Origin: a virus
Lineage: Duplodnaviria > Caudoviricetes
Direction: 5' to 3' (one strand)
DNA: 64,000 nucleotides
Virus record (IMG/VR): IMGVR_UViG_3300032038_000027
Location: 51,744 to 115,743 of that record
The notes under the pieces: generated by a model
The model's database searches: none
Told to the model about the DNA's origin: nothing
Seen by the model: the letters and a program-made list of their open reading frames with translations, nothing else
In this document: piece by piece, positions 60,276 to 64,000 of the stretch
Layout of the letters: each line of letters begins with the position of its first letter
How positions within the stretch are numbered: position 1 is the first letter of the stretch
Translations under genes and position numbers: made by a program

Positions 60276-60633
60276 TTTCGCTCCTATTATAATATGGCAC
60301 AAGACAAGGAGTATACGTTTTACAATCAACATGATTAGAATGTAAAAGCGCATTAATTCGCAACCCGGTTGCAACCCAATCCTTATTCAAAACTAATGTG
60401 ATCTTGCTCTGATTGCTGAAAAATATATGTCCTTGTTCATGTCTATGAACAAATTTCACATTAGGGATTTGGCGACAACATTCGCGCAATTCTTTAATAC
60501 TTGCAAATACCACCAATGCTTGAAAGCGAGGATAAGTGCAACAATAAAATATAATCTCACCCATTGTATCGAAAGAATACTTTTTATGAATCGGATTAAG
60601 ATATGTATTACCCAAAGAAGCCTCCGAACGCAA
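60250..60633 (-). CDS. Hypothetical protein
   Basis: IFFSNQSKITL...GLRIN; start uncertain. Confidence 0.45.
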   Translation of the reverse strand: MRSEASLGNTYLNPIHKKYSFDTMGEIIFYCCTYPRFQALVVFASIKELRECCRQIPNVKFVHRHEQGHIFFSNQSKITLVLNKDWVATGLRINALLHSNHVDCKTYTPCLVPYYNRSENEPLDINP

Positions 60634-60766
60634 GCAGCGCTACCTGTATGCCAACACTAATCAACGCTCCCCAAAAATTATTCTTCGTTTCTTTACCGTG
60701 TAGATATGCGTTTGCACATAAACTTAATCCCATAAGAACAATCCAAATAATTTGGCACACACCCAT
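60608..60766 (-). CDS. Small two-TM protein (52 aa, absent from the ORF track)
   Basis: MGVCQIIWIVLMGLSLCANAYLHGKETKNNFWGALISVGIQVALLAFGGFFG after a GAGGTGA SD. Confidence 0.7.
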   Translation of the reverse strand: MGVCQIIWIVLMGLSLCANAYLHGKETKNNFWGALISVGIQVALLAFGGFFG

Positions 60767-60767
60767 G

Positions 60768-61166
60768 TTAATCACCTCTGCTTTCAAACATCACTTGATG
60801 ATGCTCCTTAATTTGTGGAAAATCGGACTTTAACATCGCTTTTAATTCGGCAACTAATCCCTTTAAATATGCCTTTGTTAAGCCGCTAAAAACATATTCA
60901 CATATATATTTCTTATCCGCAGAACCGCCAAACATGATACACAGATCAAGTTTATTACCCCAATCAATAACTCCATCTATGACTTTTTTGTGTTCATTAT
61001 ATATTTTAGCGGTTGCCTCATTAAGTGCTTCGGTCAATAATTCTGATTTATCGAGATCATTATAATATACTGTATCGTTTGCCTCATTAAGTGCTTCTGA
61101 TTTATCGGGAACATTATTTGAATCGACAATATCCGATTTAAGTATAAACATTCCTTTAACCATCAT
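60768..61166 (-). CDS. Hypothetical protein with internal duplication
   Basis: DKSE and EALNEA are each repeated. Confidence 0.5.
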   Translation of the reverse strand: MMVKGMFILKSDIVDSNNVPDKSEALNEANDTVYYNDLDKSELLTEALNEATAKIYNEHKKVIDGVIDWGNKLDLCIMFGGSADKKYICEYVFSGLTKAYLKGLVAELKAMLKSDFPQIKEHHQVMFESRGD

Positions 61167-62100
61167 TTCTTATCAGACCTTTCAAAATATGTTTGATAAC
61201 TTCAATACACCAACCATCGCCGCACATATTATAAATATGACTATCTGCAAAATCCATTTTATACCACTCAGGTATCGTTTGTAATTTACGATATTCATGC
61301 GGTGTGAGTTTGCGACATCTGCCGTGATCGTATACTTTCTTTTGCAAATTCCCGCCACGACAAGCTGTCAATGTTGGTGATTTATAATTAGGATTGTTGA
61401 CACGTTTTAAGATATCGTGTCCATTAATATGTAATATAGCGCAAACTTTTTTGCCATCATAATAATCATAGCTTTGCGTATAATAATATTTTTCATCTAC
61501 ATCTGAATCCATAATATCGCGCAAAACTAATGAACAATTATCCGGCAACTTATTTATAGGAATGTTTGTCCAATAATTTCTCGCCCGATCTTGTGCGGAA
61601 AATAAATTTGCGTTTATTAAAATGGGTTCAACTCCTAATATTTTGCTCATTTCATGAATATCATCTTTGCGATTACTATCCACGTTTTCTACGAGAAAAT
61701 AAACCATAGAATTATTATTTATTTGAATCCATTTAAGAATCTTAGCGCATGAGTAGAATAAACTTGATGAACCTTTTAATCCATTATTATATTCTGATCT
61801 ACCCATTGTAACTTTAGATAATGATCGACACGGACTGCCGAACATCACCAAATCAATTCTTGGTAAACTTTGTAACATATTATCAGTAATTTTCGTTACA
61901 TCTCCAAGCTGTATGGTGTTCGGAAAATTATCTTGTGTGCATTTTATCGCAACTTTATCAATTTCACTCGCATAATAATTATTGATCTTAAACCCTAATT
62001 CGGTTAATGCAATTTGACCGCAACTCATTCCATCACACAAACTAAGCACATTTAATCCTTCATCGCCAAATAAAGTGTTGTTTTTATCTTTTAATTCTAT
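61156..62100 (-). CDS. C5-cytosine DNA methyltransferase (switch B, predicted ON)
   Basis: VLSLCDG, FGSPC, LVENV, QDRAR, GDGW. Frame extends to ATA at 62100 after a GGTGA SD; GTG at 62049 is an alternative start. Confidence 0.9.
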   Translation of the reverse strand: MELKDKNNTLFGDEGLNVLSLCDGMSCGQIALTELGFKINNYYASEIDKVAIKCTQDNFPNTIQLGDVTKITDNMLQSLPRIDLVMFGSPCRSLSKVTMGRSEYNNGLKGSSSLFYSCAKILKWIQINNNSMVYFLVENVDSNRKDDIHEMSKILGVEPILINANLFSAQDRARNYWTNIPINKLPDNCSLVLRDIMDSDVDEKYYYTQSYDYYDGKKVCAILHINGHDILKRVNNPNYKSPTLTACRGGNLQKKVYDHGRCRKLTPHEYRKLQTIPEWYKMDFADSHIYNMCGDGWCIEVIKHILKGLIRNDG

Positions 62101-62220
62101 TTTAAGTCACCAAACTTTCGAATGTTAATTTCATATTATATGATGGTTAATTGTTGATAATTCAATATAACTCCGCAATATAAGGGCTTTCTTAACAAAA
62201 TTCGCACAATAAAAACAACA
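62076..62220. promoter_or_regulatory. Putative invertible start-codon switch B
   Basis: 12-bp perfect IR at 62076-62087/62209-62220. The current orientation supplies SD+ATA; the flipped one gives an in-frame TAA (62193-62195). Confidence 0.7.
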
Positions 62221-62225
62221 TTTGC

Positions 62226-63752
62226 TTAATGAAACATATTTTTCATTAAATGCGCAATTACCTCTACAGTCCAACCGTTGCCTAAACATTTATAAGCCTG
62301 TGAATCACTAATCACGCTAAAATCATACCATTCCGGCACAGTCTGTAATCTCTTACATTCACTCACCGTTAATTTTCTGATTATGTAAAAACCATCTGCT
62401 AATTTAATAGGATAGGTTTTACCTTTAATTTCAATCATACCGTTCTCTACGGTATGAACAACATAAGTTTTACCATCTGCTGACGATACAGCTTTAATTG
62501 GTTTATCGTTTTCAAACTTAACTGGAATAGCATAAAGTCCAGTATTAGAACCAATCCCACCACTATTGGATTGTTGCGTTACTGATTTACCATTTATACT
62601 ATAAATTCTGTTGCCTTGCCCACCGTTTCCTATTTCACCGATTTTATGAGATGTAAGTAATTTATCATGTTCAATATTTTCATTTACTGGTTCAATTACA
62701 CCTTCATAACCGCGACCATGAATAATATTTTCTTCAAGATTTCTTCCATTACCGATTTTATAATATGTAGCTCTTAAACAACTTGATTTATCTTTACATC
62801 TCGTAGTAACCGGCTCAGCAACCATCCTGCGTGCAGCGACAGATGTTAAAGCAGCAGACTTATTATCTGTTTTAGCTTCATATCTGCGGTCATACGTTCC
62901 ATCAGATTGTTTCTTTCTGCCGTATACTTGTTCTTGTACAGCTACAGGTTCGGCAACACCACTTGCTCCGTAGGTAGAAGTATATTTGCAAATATTCGCA
63001 ATACTTGTTTGCTGATATTGTGCTTTAATTGTTTGAGATTTGCCATCCTTAGTAGTATTCACAGGTTCAAATGTCATTTGACCTTGATTTTTCTTAAAAT
63101 ATTCTCGCGTAGTAGTTCTCCCGATACTGCTAATAATTGCGCGAGATTTATCACGATTAACTACGCCATCAAGAACATCTCGTAATAATATTCCCCTATC
63201 TTCCGGTTGCGGAATATCAGCTTTTCTATATGTGCCATCATCATTTCTGATTCCGCACCAATAATATCTATTGCGATTTTGTGCCGATACTAAAGCGGAA
63301 TTTATTAAAATAGGTTCAAATCCGAATGTATTTGAAATACTTTCGTAAATAGCTTTTGCCATTGACTTATTGTTTTCATAAATAAAGTATTTAGGTTTAG
63401 CTTCTTTCAATGCTCTAACATATTGACTGAATAATTCCCAACCTAAACCACTTGCTTCAGTTTCGCGGCGATCATTCTTTTGAGCGATTGACCAATATGT
63501 GCAAGGGCTGCCGCCAATTAAGAAATCAATATTTTCATATTGAGTGAAATCCGCGTCAAATACATCACCATTTTGCTCGATCTCAGGGAAATTATGCTGT
63601 GTAACAGCGATCGCATACTTGTCGATCTCATAAGCGGAATATTTTGCAACGTTAATGCCGCTGCTCATGAACGCCAACATTCCGCAAGCCATGCCGTCAA
63701 ATAGGCTCAGAACTGAAACTCCGTCATTTGCGGATAAATCAGTGTTTTTATT
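62226..63752 (-). CDS. C5-cytosine DNA methyltransferase with extended multi-segment variable region (switch C, predicted OFF)
   Basis: VLSLFDGM, GGSPC, IYENN, QNRNR, LGNGW. The frame is closed by TAA at 63753-63755 with no SD-supported start before motif I. Confidence 0.9.
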   Translation of the reverse strand, partial: NKNTDLSANDGVSVLSLFDGMACGMLAFMSSGINVAKYSAYEIDKYAIAVTQHNFPEIEQNGDVFDADFTQYENIDFLIGGSPCTYWSIAQKNDRRETEASGLGWELFSQYVRALKEAKPKYFIYENNKSMAKAIYESISNTFGFEPILINSALVSAQNRNRYYWCGIRNDDGTYRKADIPQPEDRGILLRDVLDGVVNRDKSRAIISSIGRTTTREYFKKNQGQMTFEPVNTTKDGKSQTIKAQYQQTSIANICKYTSTYGASGVAEPVAVQEQVYGRKKQSDGTYDRRYEAKTDNKSAALTSVAARRMVAEPVTTRCKDKSSCLRATYYKIGNGRNLEENIIHGRGYEGVIEPVNENIEHDKLLTSHKIGEIGNGGQGNRIYSINGKSVTQQSNSGGIGSNTGLYAIPVKFENDKPIKAVSSADGKTYVVHTVENGMIEIKGKTYPIKLADGFYIIRKLTVSECKRLQTVPEWYDFSVISDSQAYKCLGNGWTVEVIAHLMKNMFH

Positions 63753-63886
63753 TTAAATTCCGGTACTTTAAATGCCCAATAATTGAGAATTTATAATTCG
63801 CTGTTTATCTTAGATATTTTAACAACGACATAAAAACATATAGAAAGGTGGGTGTTTCACAATAGATTTAGCCAATAAAAACACTG
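63740..63886. promoter_or_regulatory. Putative invertible start-codon switch C
   Basis: 13-bp perfect IR at 63740-63752/63874-63886; GAAAGGTGGGTG-7nt-ATA GAT TTA GCC on the + strand becomes in frame after inversion. Confidence 0.78.
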
Positions 63887-63892
63887 TTTACT

Positions 63893-64000
63893 TGTATGCG
63901 GGTGAGGATTCGCACCTCACATGGCACACTTTCGCTTAGTTATCGAGTTTCTTCCACCCTACTCTCACTTCGCCACAGGAAATTGTGTACCTTCCCATCA
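63893..64000 (-). ncRNA. Possible tRNA-like RNA 3' end (truncated by window edge)
   Basis: T-arm-like GTGAGG-TGCGAAT-CCTCAC followed by CCGCATAC; no full cloverleaf visible. Confidence 0.3.

Noticed and set aside
61015-61107. Short direct repeats GCCTCATTAAGTGCTTC and TTCTGATTTATCG
   Set aside because: In-frame intragenic duplication with no sign of a mobile or regulatory role.

Overview
This is a 64-kb segment of a large, AT-rich temperate phage, probably infecting an anaerobic Bacillota/Clostridia host (inferred from gene content and SD style). The + strand (1-10 kb) ends a structural module and carries a complete diversity-generating retroelement (DGR). It comprises a >=2044-aa tail/adhesin target with a C-terminal VR (6002-6125), a double-length Avd-like gene, a TR (7139-7262; all 12 TR/VR mismatches are at TR adenines) and a YMDD reverse transcriptase. 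Next is an integration module: a tyrosine integrase, an excisionase and an apparently intact attP with five arm-type repeats. The attP core copies a tRNA-Cys anticodon arm and sits just upstream of a complete tRNA-Cys. The rest is a long - strand early/replication region, interrupted by a + strand XRE repressor/ImmA-like protease pair with face-to-face promoters. It includes dUTPase, NrdDG, Gmk, DHFR, ThyA, a family C polymerase, primase, DnaB, SSB and Sak. It also has a WGR-PARP plus macrodomain pair, RNA-repair enzymes, ClpP, GroEL/ES, MetK, five DNA methyltransferases and a PAPS-reductase-like gene. Group I introns interrupt nrdD and the polymerase, and the latter intron carries a GIY-YIG endonuclease. 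The most novel observation is three ~146-bp segments bounded by inverted repeats (ATAAAAA plus a locus-specific 5-mer) at the 5' ends of the PAPS-reductase-like gene and two C5 methyltransferases. Each segment holds an SD and start codon that is in frame with the gene in only one orientation, with an in-frame TAA in the other. They look like invertible translation-start switches, here OFF/ON/OFF. Two further methyltransferases carry 5' poly-C tracts (C9 frameshifted, C8 in frame). Together these suggest a combinatorial, phase-variable phage epigenome.
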